Assembly (NCBI GenBank): GCA_963850655.1
Contig: CAWKMI010000002.1
Coordinates: 71,404 to 135,403 of the forward strand
Direction of reading: 5' to 3'
Length of the DNA: 64,000 bases
Origin: an uncultured Gemmatimonadales bacterium
Lineage (GTDB): Bacteria; Gemmatimonadota; Gemmatimonadetes; Gemmatimonadales; GWC2-71-9
A program made the translations under genes and the position numbers. The notes under the pieces are model-generated. The model saw nothing but the letters and a program-made list of their open reading frames with translations. It had not been told where the DNA came from and did no database searches. Shown here one piece after another: positions 52,315 through 62,948 of this stretch. Each line of letters opens with the position of its first letter. Within the stretch, counting starts at the first letter, position 1.

Positions 52315-52659
52315 CCGGCGACGAGCGCTTTCCGCGCTCGCGCCGGCTGGTCCGCGGGTCTGATCTCCGCCGAGTGCTCGCGACCGGTCGTCGCTCTCGC
52401 CGAGGCCACCTCGACATTTCTGGACGGCCGACGAGACGGGCCACCTGCGCATGGGATTGATCGTACCAAGGTTCCAGCAGACCGCGGTGGCCCGCAATCG
52501 TTTACGGCGTCGGCTCCAGGAGCTCTGGCGGCGGGAGATTCAGGAGCGACCTTCCTGCCTGGGACGTGGTGATCCGGACCCCGTCGTGATGCCTATGGCG
52601 CGCCATTCGACGCATTGCGAGGCGACCTCCTCGCCTGGTGCGAGGCCGTCCGGGGATGA
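52311..52659 (+). pseudogene. rnpA: ribonuclease P protein component, about three apparent frameshifts and no canonical start
   Basis: Pieces in three frames: [36 protein letters not shown] / WTADETGHLRMGLIVPRFQQTAVARNRLRRRLQELWRREIQE / LPAWDVVIRT / RRDAYGAPFDALRGDLLAWCEAVRG*. The conserved RNR motif is present. Junctions near 52418, 52549 and 52580. The only in-frame start candidate is CTG at 52311. Confidence 0.75.
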
Positions 52660-52896
52660 CTGGATGGCAGCCGGTCGCTCTCCCGCTCGTGCGCGGGCTG
52701 GCCCTTCTCATCCGGGGCTACCAGCGCTTCATTTCGCCCGCGTTTCCCGCCGGCATGCCGGTTCTATCCGACCTGCTCGCAGTACACGCTGGAAGCGGTC
52801 CAGCGCCATGGCGCCCTCAGGGGCATCTGGCTTGGCCTCCGGCGGCTGGCGCGGTGCCATCCCTGGAATCCCGGTGGCCATGACCCTGTCCCCTGA
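52656..52896 (+). pseudogene. yidD: membrane protein insertion efficiency factor YidD, one apparent frameshift
   Basis: [32 protein letters not shown] (frame 0) continues as [46 protein letters not shown] in the +1 frame. Junction near 52753. The ATG overlaps the rnpA stop. Confidence 0.8.
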
Positions 52897-52905
52897 CCCG
52901 ATGAG

Positions 52906-54664
52906 TTGCCCGTGAACGATCGCCGACCCTTGATGGCGCTCGCGCTGATCATGCTGATCGCGATCGTGCCGCAGCTCTTCATGAAGAAGCCGGCACCGAG
53001 GCCGGTGCCGCCGACCGTCACGGTACCGCCGGCGCAGATGGAGCAGCAGCCGGCCCAGCAGGACACCGGGGCGGCCGGCGTGCAGGCGCCGCCATCGCTG
53101 CGCGCATTTCCGGGCTCGTCCGACACCACCCTGCCGCCGGAGCAGACGGTGGTGGTGCGGAGCGAGCTGTACCGACTCGCCATTTCGACGCTACGGTGGC
53201 CGGATCGTCTCGAGCCGAGTTCCTGCACTATTCGTCGATGGTGCCGGGCGACACGACCGCGGCCGGCAAGCGCGACACCCTGGAGCTGGTGCGTGCCGGC
53301 GACGCCCTGCTCGGCGCCTGCGATTGCTGGTTGGCAGCGATACGGTGCGACTCGATCGCGTGTCATTCACCGCCAGCGCGGATTCGGTGACGGTGCGCCA
53401 GACACACCGGCGTCGCTGACGCTCACGGGCAATGCGGCCGGTCGCGATGTCTCGCTGACCTACCACTTCACGCCCGACGACTATCGCATCACCGTTGACG
53501 GCAGCGTTTCCGGGATCGGCACGGCCGGCGGGACGCTGCTGATCGGGCTGGGCAGCGGCTTCCGCCAGACCGAGGCGGTGCCCACCGACAACCTGCGCGA
53601 GAGCGGCATCGTCACCAAGTCCGACAAGACCAAGCTGACGCGTTTCGGCCAGTTGAAGCCATTATCGACCAACACGTTCGACGGGCCGTTCGAGTGGGTT
53701 GCCGTCAAGTCGAAGTACTTCGTGGTGGGCCTGTTCGCCTACGACTCCCTCTCGGCCAACAACATCACCGGCCGGATTGGTGGTGTCGTAGCCACGGTGC
53801 CCGACACCTTCAAGTCGCCGGTGCGGGCACAGACGGCCGCCTCACTGACGGTGCCTGCCGCTGGCACCTTCCACTGGGCGTTGTTCCTGGGTCCGATGGA
53901 ATACAACCGGCTCAAGGCGGCGGGGCGCGACTTCGATGACGTGAACCCCTACGGCTGGGCGTGGCTCCGTCCGGTCATCCGCCCGCTGGCCGTGATGCTG
54001 CGCGCCTTCTTCGTCTGGATGCACGTCACCCTCGGCCTTGGCTATGGCCTGGTGATCGTGCTGTTCGGCATCCTGATGCGCGTGGTGCTCTGGCCGCTCA
54101 ATTCCAAGGCCTACCGCTCGATGGGCGCGATGCAGGCGATCCAGCCGCAGATCACCGCGCTGCAGGCCAAGTACAAGGACGATCCGGCGAAGCTGCAGCA
54201 GGAAACGCTGATGATCTACAAAGAGAACAAGGTCAACCCGCTCAGCGGCTGCTGGCCGATGCTGGTGCCCTATCCGTTGCTGGTGGCGGTGTACTTCGTG
54301 CTGGCGCAGCACGATCGAGGTGCGCGGCGTGCCGTTCCTCTGGCTCACCGACCTGTCGCGCGCCGACCCGCTCTATATCGTGCCCGTGGCCATGGCGGGC
54401 TCGATGTACCTGCTGTCGAAGATCGGGCAGATGGGGATGCCGCCCAATCCGCAGGCGAAGATGATGATGTACATGATGCCGGTGATGATGCTGGTGCTCT
54501 TCTCGCGCTTCGCGTCAGGGCTCAATCTCTACTACGCGGTGCAGAACATCGCCTCGTTGCCGCAGCAGTGGCTGATCATGAAGGAGCGAAAGAAGATCAT
54601 GGATGCGAAAGCGACGCCCGTGAAGGCAGCACCCACGGTGATCGGGACAAAGAAGAGTCGATGA
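52906..54664 (+). pseudogene. yidC: membrane protein insertase YidC, about five apparent frameshifts
   Basis: The main ORF 52906-54678 carries the TM1/periplasmic domain and the core (PYGWAWLRPVIRPL...WPLNSKAYRSMGAMQAIQP...NPLSGCWPMLV). Conserved segments GGRIVS, AEFLHYSSMVPGD...ALLGA and RLLVGSDTVRLDRVSFTASADSVTVRQ lie in other frames (junctions near 53190, 53212, 53318 and 53399). The C-terminus (VRGVPFLWLTDLSRADPLYIVPV...NLYYAVQNIASLPQQW) is in ORF 54320-54664 (junction near 54310). Confidence 0.9.
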
Positions 54665-54700
54665 GCGATGGTCGATGAGCGATGATCGATGGACGATGAT
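54659..54700. repeat. 14-nt tandem repeat x3 (CGATGAGCGATGGT-like)
   Basis: CGATGAGCGATGGT CGATGAGCGATGAT CGATGGACGATGAT spans the yidC stop and the spacer before the CDGSH gene. Confidence 0.5.
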
Positions 54701-54717
54701 CAACGGGAGATTGTGCC

Positions 54718-54951
54718 ATGACTGACGCCGCCGAGCCAACCCCGCCGACCACGGTGACGATCCGGGTCACCGATCCCGCCCGGGGCCCCTACCGGATCGA
54801 AGGGGAGTGGCTGGTATGTGACGCCGACGGCAACCTCTATCCCCTTCCCGAGCGGAAGAACCCCAAGCGGATCTCGCTCTGCGGCTGCGGCAAGTCCGGC
54901 ACCTGGCCGGTGTGTGACGGGACACACAAGGGAGATCCGCCGGCGGAGTAG
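54718..54951 (+). CDS. CDGSH iron-sulfur domain-containing protein
   Basis: 77 aa. CGCGKSGTWPVCDGTHK matches the C-x-C-x2-S/T-x3-P-x-C-D-G-S/A/T-H signature. Confidence 0.85.
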   Translation: MTDAAEPTPPTTVTIRVTDPARGPYRIEGEWLVCDADGNLYPLPERKNPKRISLCGCGKSGTWPVCDGTHKGDPPAE

Positions 54952-55100
54952 GTCGAAGACGGGTTGATCGGCCCCGGCCCCGGCCCCGAGATCGGGTGCG
55001 CCGCCGCTTGCGCTGTGGCACGCCAGCAGGCAGCTTCTTTCCCAGTGCGCCAATCCGCGCGACCGTCACCACAGTCACCCAGTCCAGACCGGAGCCCGTC

Positions 55101-55579
55101 ATGACGTCCCCCGTCCGCCGCGCCCTTGTTGCCGTGATCCTCTTCACGCCAGCCGCTGCCTGTCCGCCCACGCCCAGGGTTCATCGGCCAAGGCCGAGGT
55201 GCTCACCAACGAGTCGGTGATCGCCATGGTCACGGCCAAGGTGCCGAAGGGACTGATCGTGACCAAGGTGCAGTCGACCAAGTCGAACTTCGACATCACC
55301 CCGGCCGGGCTGATCCTGCTCAACAACAGCAAGGTGCCGGGTGACGTCATCAAGATGATGATGACCTCGGCGGGAGGCGCACCCGGTGCGGCGAACGAGG
55401 CACTCGCCAACGACGCGATCATCAAGATGGTCGTTGGCGGACTGGGCAAGGATATCATCCTGGCGAAGGTCAGGATGTCGAAGGGGAACTACGACCTGAC
55501 GACGGACGGCCTGATCGACCTCAACAAGAACAAGGTGTCGCAGGACGTGATCAAGGCGATGATGGCGGCGGAGCACTGA
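55101..55579 (+). pseudogene. hypothetical secreted protein made of two ~50-aa internal repeats, one apparent frameshift after the signal peptide
   Basis: The signal peptide MTSPVRRALVAVILFTPAAA is in frame 0. LSAHAQGSSAKAEVLTNESVIAMV... follows in the frame of ORF 55199-55579. Junction near 55158. The two repeat units are listed in the corresponding finding. Confidence 0.55.
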
Positions 55580-55629
55580 GGCCGCCGCGCGCGCTGGACG
55601 GATGTCCACCTATTTGGCGCGCCAGACGT

Positions 55630-57493
55630 TGTCTGCAGGATTGTTGTCCACCCAGATCCCGCCGTCCAGCGTGACCGACTGCGCCCGCTTCTTCGTCCGC
55701 AGCATGACCGTCGCGCGCTGAAGGTTCGCCCGCCAGATCGCCGGCGTCTGGTGCAGCGTCTCGGTACGTGCCGTCGGTGAAGGTGACCTTCAGGTCCACC
55801 GGCGCTGGCATGCCGCCGACGTTCTCCAGCACCACGCGGTAGCCGTCGCCGGTCCCGGTGACGCTCTCAATGCCGAGATCGATGTAGCTGTTGCTGAAGA
55901 ACCAGCTCCGCCAGAACCAGTCGAGGTTCTGGCCGGTGATGTTGTCGAACGAATTGAAGAAGTCCCAGGGAATGGGGTGCTTGCCGTGCCAGCGGTCGAT
56001 GTAGCCGTGGAGCGCCTGGCGGAACAGCGCGTCGCCCAGGAGATCCTTCATTGCCAGGTATCCCTGGGCCGGCTTGCCGTACCCGTTGCTTCCTGACGTG
56101 TAGGGGGTCACGATCGGCAACTCGTTCAGCACCGCCCGAGGCGCGGAACTGCTGGAAGTTCTTCGTCGCCTGGGCCTTGCCGATATCCGCCACCGAGATG
56201 AGGTACTCGAAGGTGGTGGCCCAGCCCTCGTCCATGAAGGCGTGCCGGGTCTCGTTGATGCCCATGTAGAACGGGAACCAGGTGTGGGCGATCTCATGCT
56301 CGGCCACGAAGCGGGAAAAGACGGTGTCGGCGTAGCTCTCGTCGTTGACCATCATCGGATATTCCATCCCCGCGAAACCCTCGACCACGGTGGTCTTCTC
56401 GTAGGGATACGGCACACCGGGCCACTCGTGGGAGAGCCAGTTGAGCGCGTGCCGGGCGTAGCGCGCCATGTGGTGGAAGTCGGCGGCGGTGTCACTGTAT
56501 GCTGCCTGCGCGCCGGCCCGCCGTCCGGTGGCGTCGTCGACCACCACGCTGGTCGCGTCCCAGTCGTAGTGGTTGCTGATGGCGTAGGTCATGTCCGGCA
56601 CATTGGTGGCCGTGAAGTGCCACGCGTTGACCGGCTGCTGCGCCGTGACGGAGCCGGCCGCCACCTGGGCCGCGGTCGCGATGGTGATCGTGGTATCGGA
56701 ACGCTCCGAGGCTTGGAGACGCTCCGCGATGGCGGGCTGGAGCACGTCGGACGCGTTCTCCAGCCGGCCGGTGCCCCAGACCACGTAGTTGGCCGGCACC
56801 TTCACGGTGACGTCGTAGTCGTTGAAGTCGCTGTAGAACTCGAGGGCGTCGTCGAAGTTGTGGGTGTCCCACCCGTTCACGTCGTCGTAGACCGCCACGC
56901 GGGGGTAGAAGTAGGCCAGGAAGAAGGTGGTCGAGTCGATCGCCCCCTCCCGGCCGCTCTGGCGCGACATGTCGTAGTGCCAGTCGAAGTTCAGGTGCAC
57001 CGAGTCGTGCGGCATCAGCGGCGTCGCCAGGCGAACTGGCTGCCAGGTGAAGTAGCGGCCGTTGTCGGCCCACGGCGTCGCCTGGCCATTCACGGCGAAG
57101 GCGTCGATGTGCACGCCCGAGGTGAGGTAGTCCTCACTGGCGCCGCCGGCCCGCGGGGCGCCCGGCTTGTGGATGTTGACCAGGAGCCGGATCACGATGC
57201 TCCGGAGTGTGTCCGGGCTGTTGTTGAGGTAGGTGATCTGTTCGGTGCCGGTGATCTTCCTGTCGGGCGGTGTCGTAGCCACCGAGATGGTGTATCGTGC
57301 CCGGTTCTGCCAGGACTTCGGGCCGGGCCGGCCGTCGGGTGGAGCGGGTGCCGTGGGCATAGGCTTCCTTGACGGCAAGAGGAGTGAACAATCCCTGCGC
57401 GGCGGCGCCGAACGGCAGCGCCACGGTGCCAAGGGCCAGCAACCAGCTGGCGGTGATTGTCCGGGTTACCGCCGTCCCCAGCTCAACCTTCAT
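55630..57493 (-). pseudogene. M1 family metallopeptidase (aminopeptidase N-like), three apparent frameshifts
   Basis: The signal/N-terminus MKVELGTAVTRTITASWLLALGTVALPFGAAAQ is in ORF 57134-57646. The core, with HEIAHTWF...MDEGWATTFEY, is in ORF 55867-57432. The C-terminal domain is in ORF 55551-56297. The last segment TETLHQTPAIWRANLQRATVMLRTKKRAQSVTLDGGIWVDNNPADNVWRAK* is in a further frame. Junctions near 57338, 56140 and 55766. Confidence 0.85.
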
Positions 57494-57774
57494 CTGTTCC
57501 GCCTTTCTCGTCAGGTGGGTTCCGTCATTCGCCGCCTCGTGGCAGCATAGCGGTCTGTCGTGATTGCACCCGTACGCACCGGCCGGTATCGTGGTTTCGC
57601 GTGGCGTTTTCCGATATGCATCAGCCTGTCCGTGTTGCACGGCCATCGACGATTGTCGACATTTACGCCCTGGAACTTCACGCCGTCATTACTCTCGCAA
57701 GGTTGCGTTGGCGGCCATACGCGCTCGTGTCCTCCGCCGCCCCGCTCGCGTTTGTCCTCACCTTCTCAGGGCAG

Positions 57775-59050
57775 CTACGGCGCCACCTTCTTCACCCGAT
57801 ACACCCCGAACCTCACCACCCCATCCTCGTCCACTGTCCGCAGCAGCACGCGGTCCTTGCCGAACCAGACCGGTCGCGCGCCCTTCATTCCTGCGGTGAG
57901 GCGCCCGACAATCGCGCCGTCGGGGCGGAAGGCGGTGGCGCTCCAGGTGGTGTCGGTCTCGGCCTGGTAGTCCACCACCCAGAGGAGGTCATCGAAGGTG
58001 GAGTAGAGCTGGGAATACGGCGGCAGCGAATCGGCGACCGGCTCCGCTCCGCAAGCGCCGCTCAAGTTCCTTCGGGTCCATGCTGGCACCTTCACCACCG
58101 TTCAGGATCTGCCCGAGCTCATGCTGGATCGCCGCCTCGACGATCGCCGGCGTGACCGGTCGCCTCGGCGCATTGACCCTGATCCGCGCCACCACCCTTC
58201 CATCCAGCCCCCGGCGCTCCAGTAGGTAGCCACCTTCACCATCGGCCGAAGCGAACCCGGTTCCCCATGGCGCAACCGCCGCGAAGCGCGAGAAACGGAG
58301 CGGCGAGCCGACCAGGACGGTACCGCCGTGTGCGGCGGTCGCCCGGAAGGGACCGATCTCGGTGCCCGGCAGCGCGACGACGGTATCAGGGTGGCCGAAG
58401 TCGAGGTCGAGGAGGAAGACGATCGCCGGCACGCGGTACGACTTCGAGAATTGTCCACTCGAGCTGCAGCCATCCACCCCCAGGAGACGACCGCCCGTGA
58501 CAAGAGAGATCCGGTTGAGGCAACCGGGGTCGGCGGTGTGCTGGAGCGGCACCGAACGGACGATCCCTGCGTCGGCGGTGAGCCAGTTCATCCGTCTGGT
58601 GCCGGCGTCGGCGATGAGCACCGTATCGCTCCCGGTCGGAATCGGCGTTGCCGGCACGCGCACCTCACGCGGGCCCTCTCCGGACCGCGCGAGTACACGC
58701 GCCGGCTTCCCGTCGGCGTTGAAGAGCATCACCCAGCCGAAGCCGAGCCTCGGCGTGGCGATCAGGCGCCCGTCGGGGAGGAGGAGGGGCGAGTAGACGT
58801 TGGTGAGGTCGAAGTCGCCGTTGGTTTCGTCATCGAAGACCACCAGCGGCGTGCCGTCGAGGGTGAGCTGCGGCGCGCGGGCGAATGCGGCGGCCGAGTG
58901 GGTGACGGTGAGGACGCCGTCAACGGTGGCGCTGTCAGGGAGGACAGCCTGGCCGGAACTCCCGAGCACAGTGGTTGACTCAATGGTGGCGCGCCGACAG
59001 CCGGCGAGGAGGATCAGCAGAAGAGCCAGACGGAATTGCGGCATCGTCAC
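57775..59050 (-). pseudogene. hypothetical beta-propeller-like lipoprotein (paralog family A), one apparent frameshift
   Basis: ORF 57989-59050 (lipobox LLILLAGC, SGEGPREV motif) continues in ORF 57775-58098 from ...AEPVADSLPPYSQLYSTFDDLLWVVDY... Junction near 58045. Colinear with 13508-14788. Confidence 0.6.
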
Positions 59051-59146
59051 CTGGTGAGGAGAGAGGGTGGAGCGAGTATACCGTCCGGTTGCAGGGCTCG
59101 CGAGGGCCGAGGCTCCCCGCTTCGCCCGGGATGACCAGATCCGCGC

Positions 59147-59977
59147 TTATCCCTCCAGCCCCATCCTGACCGCCGCGCCGAATCCCACCCGTTCGACCCG
59201 CTCGGCCACCATTCGCCACGCCAGGTAGTGTCCGGCATCGGCGGGAATCACGGTGTTGCCTTTGGTTCGTGCCGAAGCGGGAGTGTCGGGGGTGAGCCAG
59301 CGCAGCACCAGGCCGAGCCCGGCCTGGTCGATGTCGTCGTCGAGCAGGGCGCGGAGGGCGTGCTCGCGGTCACGGAGACGGTGGAGTGCGCCGAGCGAGA
59401 TGCCGAGCAGGCGATGAGCCGGCAGGTCGGGGAGGAGTTGCTGGGCGAGGTGAAGCCCCAGTCCCTCGGTGTAGAGCCATTCGCCGAGCGGCACCTCGCG
59501 GGCGAGCCGCCAGCGATCCCACGCGCCACTTCGTGACGCACGGATCAGGCTGAGGGAATCCGGACTGCTCCACCGGGTGACGGCAACCAACCCGCGAGCA
59601 AGGGCGACGAGCAGGGCAGCGTCGTCATCGCAGTGGTCGAGGAAGAGCACGACCTCGGCGGCTGGGCCGGGGAGTGGTTCGACACCGTCGCCCTCGTCAC
59701 CGCCAGCGAAGAGCACCACGCTTGCGGCAGTGTCGACGCCAAGGCCCGAGGCAGCACTCATCGTATCGCGGAGCAGTTGGTGAAGTTCGGGGTCGCTGGC
59801 ACGAACCGCGAGCCGACGCAGCGCGTCGTGATCGAATGCCAGTGGGTAGGTGTCGGCATGCGGCGCGCGCTGTCGGCGCAGCGCCTCGAGCAACTCGCCG
59901 TGCCGGGCTCGCCAGGCCAACTGCGACTCGGCAGATTCGATTGCAGCGGCCCAAGGCGAGACCAGGTCGACAATCAC
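59147..59977 (-). CDS. hypothetical protein
   Basis: 276-aa uninterrupted ORF. Composition is protein-like, but no family or motif was recognised. Confidence 0.45.
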   Translation of the reverse strand: MIVDLVSPWAAAIESAESQLAWRARHGELLEALRRQRAPHADTYPLAFDHDALRRLAVRASDPELHQLLRDTMSAASGLGVDTAASVVLFAGGDEGDGVEPLPGPAAEVVLFLDHCDDDAALLVALARGLVAVTRWSSPDSLSLIRASRSGAWDRWRLAREVPLGEWLYTEGLGLHLAQQLLPDLPAHRLLGISLGALHRLRDREHALRALLDDDIDQAGLGLVLRWLTPDTPASARTKGNTVIPADAGHYLAWRMVAERVERVGFGAAVRMGLEG

Positions 59978-59984
59978 CGTGACC

Positions 59985-60485
59985 TCAGTCGCGGAAGACG
60001 ACGAGAAGGGTGCGGGCGCCCTGGGCGCCGATCACCAGCGCCTGTTCGATGTCGGCGGTCTTCGACGGCCCGCTCAGAAACCAGCCACAGTGCGACGTTG
60101 CCGGGATCAGTCGCATCGCTTCGTGCATGGTGGGGACAATGGCAGCGGATGGCACGGTCAGGACGAGCTCAGTAGCGAGGACCACATCAGCGCGGTCGGC
60201 GAGGTCATCGGCGTCGACATACACCGCGCCGTTCTCGGCGACGGCGAATCGTCCCGGCAGCACCACCACCGCATGGCGCCCGGGTCCGAGCAGGGTGGCG
60301 ACAACTTCCTCGAAGGATTGTGTCAGGGGGCAGATAGCGCCGGCACCGCCGACACTGTCGAGTGTGCGGAAGAACTCTGCGTGCAGGTCGGCTGCGTCGG
60401 CAGGTCCATGCATCGGAGCCGGGGCAGGCACTGCTGGCACATTCGCGGAGCGAATGGCAGCGAGAGTCTCGGCGCGCGCGATCAT
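59985..60485 (-). CDS. lutC: lactate utilization protein C (LutC/YkgG, LUD domain)
   Basis: Starts MIARAETLAAIRS, overlapping the lutB stop. The C-terminus ...GPSKTADIEQALVIGAQGARTLLVVF is typical of the LUD domain. Confidence 0.8.
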   Translation of the reverse strand: MIARAETLAAIRSANVPAVPAPAPMHGPADAADLHAEFFRTLDSVGGAGAICPLTQSFEEVVATLLGPGRHAVVVLPGRFAVAENGAVYVDADDLADRADVVLATELVLTVPSAAIVPTMHEAMRLIPATSHCGWFLSGPSKTADIEQALVIGAQGARTLLVVFRD

Positions 60486-61857
60486 TCGGCCCGTCCTTCG
60501 CGCCGCGCCCACTCGCGGAATGACTCGGAGGGTACCGCAGGCAGGGCGCGACCGGCCCGTGTCCACGGATTCCAGCGACCGGCGAGCAGGGCGGCTGGAA
60601 GCCATCGCAGCGCACGCCTCGCCCAGCGTCCAACCAGCTCGAAACGGGCGCGATCGCCGAGAATGCGACCGAGGCGCGAGAAGATCGCGGCGTATCCCTC
60701 TGGGAGGGTGCCAGCCGCGGCAATTCGCCCGCGCCAGGCCAGCAACTGAGCGGGGATGTCGATGCGCACCGGGCAGACATCCTTGCAGGAACCGCACAGC
60801 GTTGAGGCGAAGGGCAGCGAGCGGTGCGTGCTGAGGTCAACGGCTGGTGCGAGGATGGCGCCGATCGGTCCGGCGATGGTGTAGTGATAACTGTGTCCGC
60901 CACTGCGACGGTAGACCGGACAGGTGTTGAGGCACGCGCCGCAGCGAATGCAGTGCAGGGCACTCCGGAACTCGGGGTCGGCGAGGCGGGCGGTGCGCCC
61001 GTTATCCACCAGCACGACATGCATCTCGGCACCAGGTCGCGGCGCGGTGATGTGGGTGGTGTAGGCGGTGATCGGCTGGCCGGTGGCGCTCCGGGCCAGC
61101 ACGCGCAACAGCACCCCGAGATCGTCGAGCGTGGCGACGACTTTCTCGATGCCGACCGATACGATGTGAACCGGCGCGGAATGCATGCCGAGGTCCGCAT
61201 TTCCCTCGTTGGTGCAGACCACCACCCCGCCGGTCTCGGCGACAATGGCGTTGGCGCCGGTGATGGCAGCATCGGCGTGCAGTAGTGCGTCGCGAAGGTG
61301 TTCCCGGGCCGCGGCCGCGAGTGCGTCGGGGGATGATTCGTCAACCGGCGTGCCGAAATGCGCATGGAAGAGCGCTGCGACCTCTTCCTTCTTCCGGTGG
61401 ATGGCGGGGAGGACGATGTGACTCGGGGCCTCTCCCGAGAGCTGTACGATCCGTTCCCCGAGATCAGTGTCAACCACTTCGATGCCACGCGCCTCGAGAT
61501 ACGGGTTGAGGCCACACTCCTCGGTCAGCATCGACTTGCTCTTGGCGACGCGCGTGGCCTCGCGCTGGCGGAGGAGGTCAAAGATGATCCGGTTGTGCTC
61601 CTTGGCGTCGCGCGCCCAGTGCACCGTGATGCCCGCCGCTGTCGCGCGCGGTCTCGAACGCTTCCAACAGTCCCGCCAGGTGGCCCATCGCGTGAGCCTT
61701 CAGCTCGGCAGCGCGGTCGCGCAGCGTCTCCCACTCGGGAAGGTCGGTGGCGCGGTCGCGCCTGTCTCGAACGAACCAGAGCGCCTCGATCATGCCATGC
61801 GGCGCGCCCGGTGTCGCTGAGGAATGTCGCAGCGGCCTCGGGATGGCCGCTGTTCAT
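60482..61857 (-). pseudogene. lutB: lactate utilization protein B (LutB, 4Fe-4S binding), two apparent frameshifts near the N-terminus
   Basis: ORF 60482-61624 holds most of the protein (KSKSMLTEE, CTNEGNADL, CIRCGACLNTCPVYRRSGGHSYH, CGSCKDVCPV). The N-terminus is split as MNSGHPEAAATFLSDTGRAAWHD / MIEALWFVRDRRDRATDLPEWETLRDRAAELKAHAMGHLAGLLEAFETARDSGG / ITVHWARDAKEH. Junctions near 61790 and at the CCC run near 61633. Confidence 0.85.
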
Positions 61858-62595
61858 CGAGTGGCCTCCTCGAGCAGTTCGGCGATGTGCATGGCTGCGC
61901 AGGGCCATCGCCGCGTGGTGTGCGATGCCTTCGAGGTGCATCAGGCATGACGGATCACTGCTGACGAGCACCTCGGCCTGATGCGAGGTGTAATCCGCGA
62001 GCCGGGCACGACCCATCGCCACCGACAGTTCCGGTTCACCGACGGCGAACGACCCGCCGAAGCCGCAACACTCATCAACTCGATCGAGAGGTACCAGGGT
62101 AAGTCCCTCGAGTCCGCTGAGCAGCGAGTGCATCGGGCCACTCACCGGTTGGTGCAACTCACTTGACCCGCCGAGCCGCAGGCCGCGCTGGGCGTGGCAG
62201 CCAAGATGCATCGCAACACGGTGCGGAAAGTGACCGGGGAGGTGTGCCATTCCAAGCGGGCCAACAATGAACTCGCAGAGCTCGAAGGTGACCTCCGCCG
62301 CGTGTGTTCCTGATTCGTTGCCGACCAAACCTGGCAGGTGGTGTCTGACATGGTGGGTGCAGCTCCCCGACGGCATCACGACGACATCGAAGACCCGGGC
62401 GCTTTCGGCCCAATTGCCCGCCGCGGCGCGTGCGTCGGCCGTCGCTCCGGCGTTGTTCATCGGCTGGCCGCAGCATGGGGCGTCGAACGCCAGGCTCACC
62501 TTGCAGCCGAGGCGTTCGAGCAGCACGAGCGTGGCCCGCGCCGCCTGGGGGCGGAGCTGGTCGACATAGCAGGGCACCGCAAGCGCGACACGCAT
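61854..62595 (-). pseudogene. lutA: lactate utilization protein A (LutA, CCG-domain Fe-S oxidoreductase), one apparent frameshift near the C-terminus
   Basis: Starts MRVALAVPCYVDQLRPQAARATLVLLERLGCKV. CCG motifs (PCCGQP, ECCGFGG). The expected C-terminus AMHIAELLEEATR* lies in another frame (junction near 61895), and its TGA overlaps the lutB ATG. Confidence 0.8.
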
Positions 62596-62603
62596 TGGGG
62601 AGA

Positions 62604-62948
62604 TCAGCCCTGCTGCGCCAAGTCGAAGATCCTCTCCATCGGCACCCACTTCTGTCCCCGATCGGCCCACGGCAGCGGCTGCTGGAAGCGCCACATCAAC
62701 TGCTCCCATTCCTGCACCTTGGGATTGATGGCGTCCGCGATGGCCTTGGCAGCGCCGTCGAATCGTTCGCTGGTTTCCATCACCATGAAGAGGCGGTTCC
62801 CGGTGCGCCAGATCTCCATGGCGACAATCTCGGCCTCGCGAATGCTCACCGCGATCTCGGGCCAGATCCGTTCGTGCAAGCGACAGTACTCGGCGATCAG
62901 GGCTGGATCGTCCTTCAAGTCGAGGGCCAGGCAGAGACGTATTGTCAT
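62604..62948 (-). CDS. rhaM: L-rhamnose mutarotase family protein (RhaM/DUF718)
   Basis: 114 aa. MTIRLCLALDLKDDPALIAEYCRLHERIWPEI...IWRTGNRLFMVMETS is typical of the family. The ATG overlaps the fucP stop (ATGA). Confidence 0.8.
   Translation of the reverse strand: MTIRLCLALDLKDDPALIAEYCRLHERIWPEIAVSIREAEIVAMEIWRTGNRLFMVMETSERFDGAAKAIADAINPKVQEWEQLMWRFQQPLPWADRGQKWVPMERIFDLAQQG

Noticed and set aside
54659-54987. The 14-nt x3 tandem repeat (54659-54700) and (GGCCCC)3 (54970-54987), considered as a possible CRISPR or minisatellite.
   Set aside because: Far too short, with no spacer structure and no cas genes. They are reported only as minor repeats.
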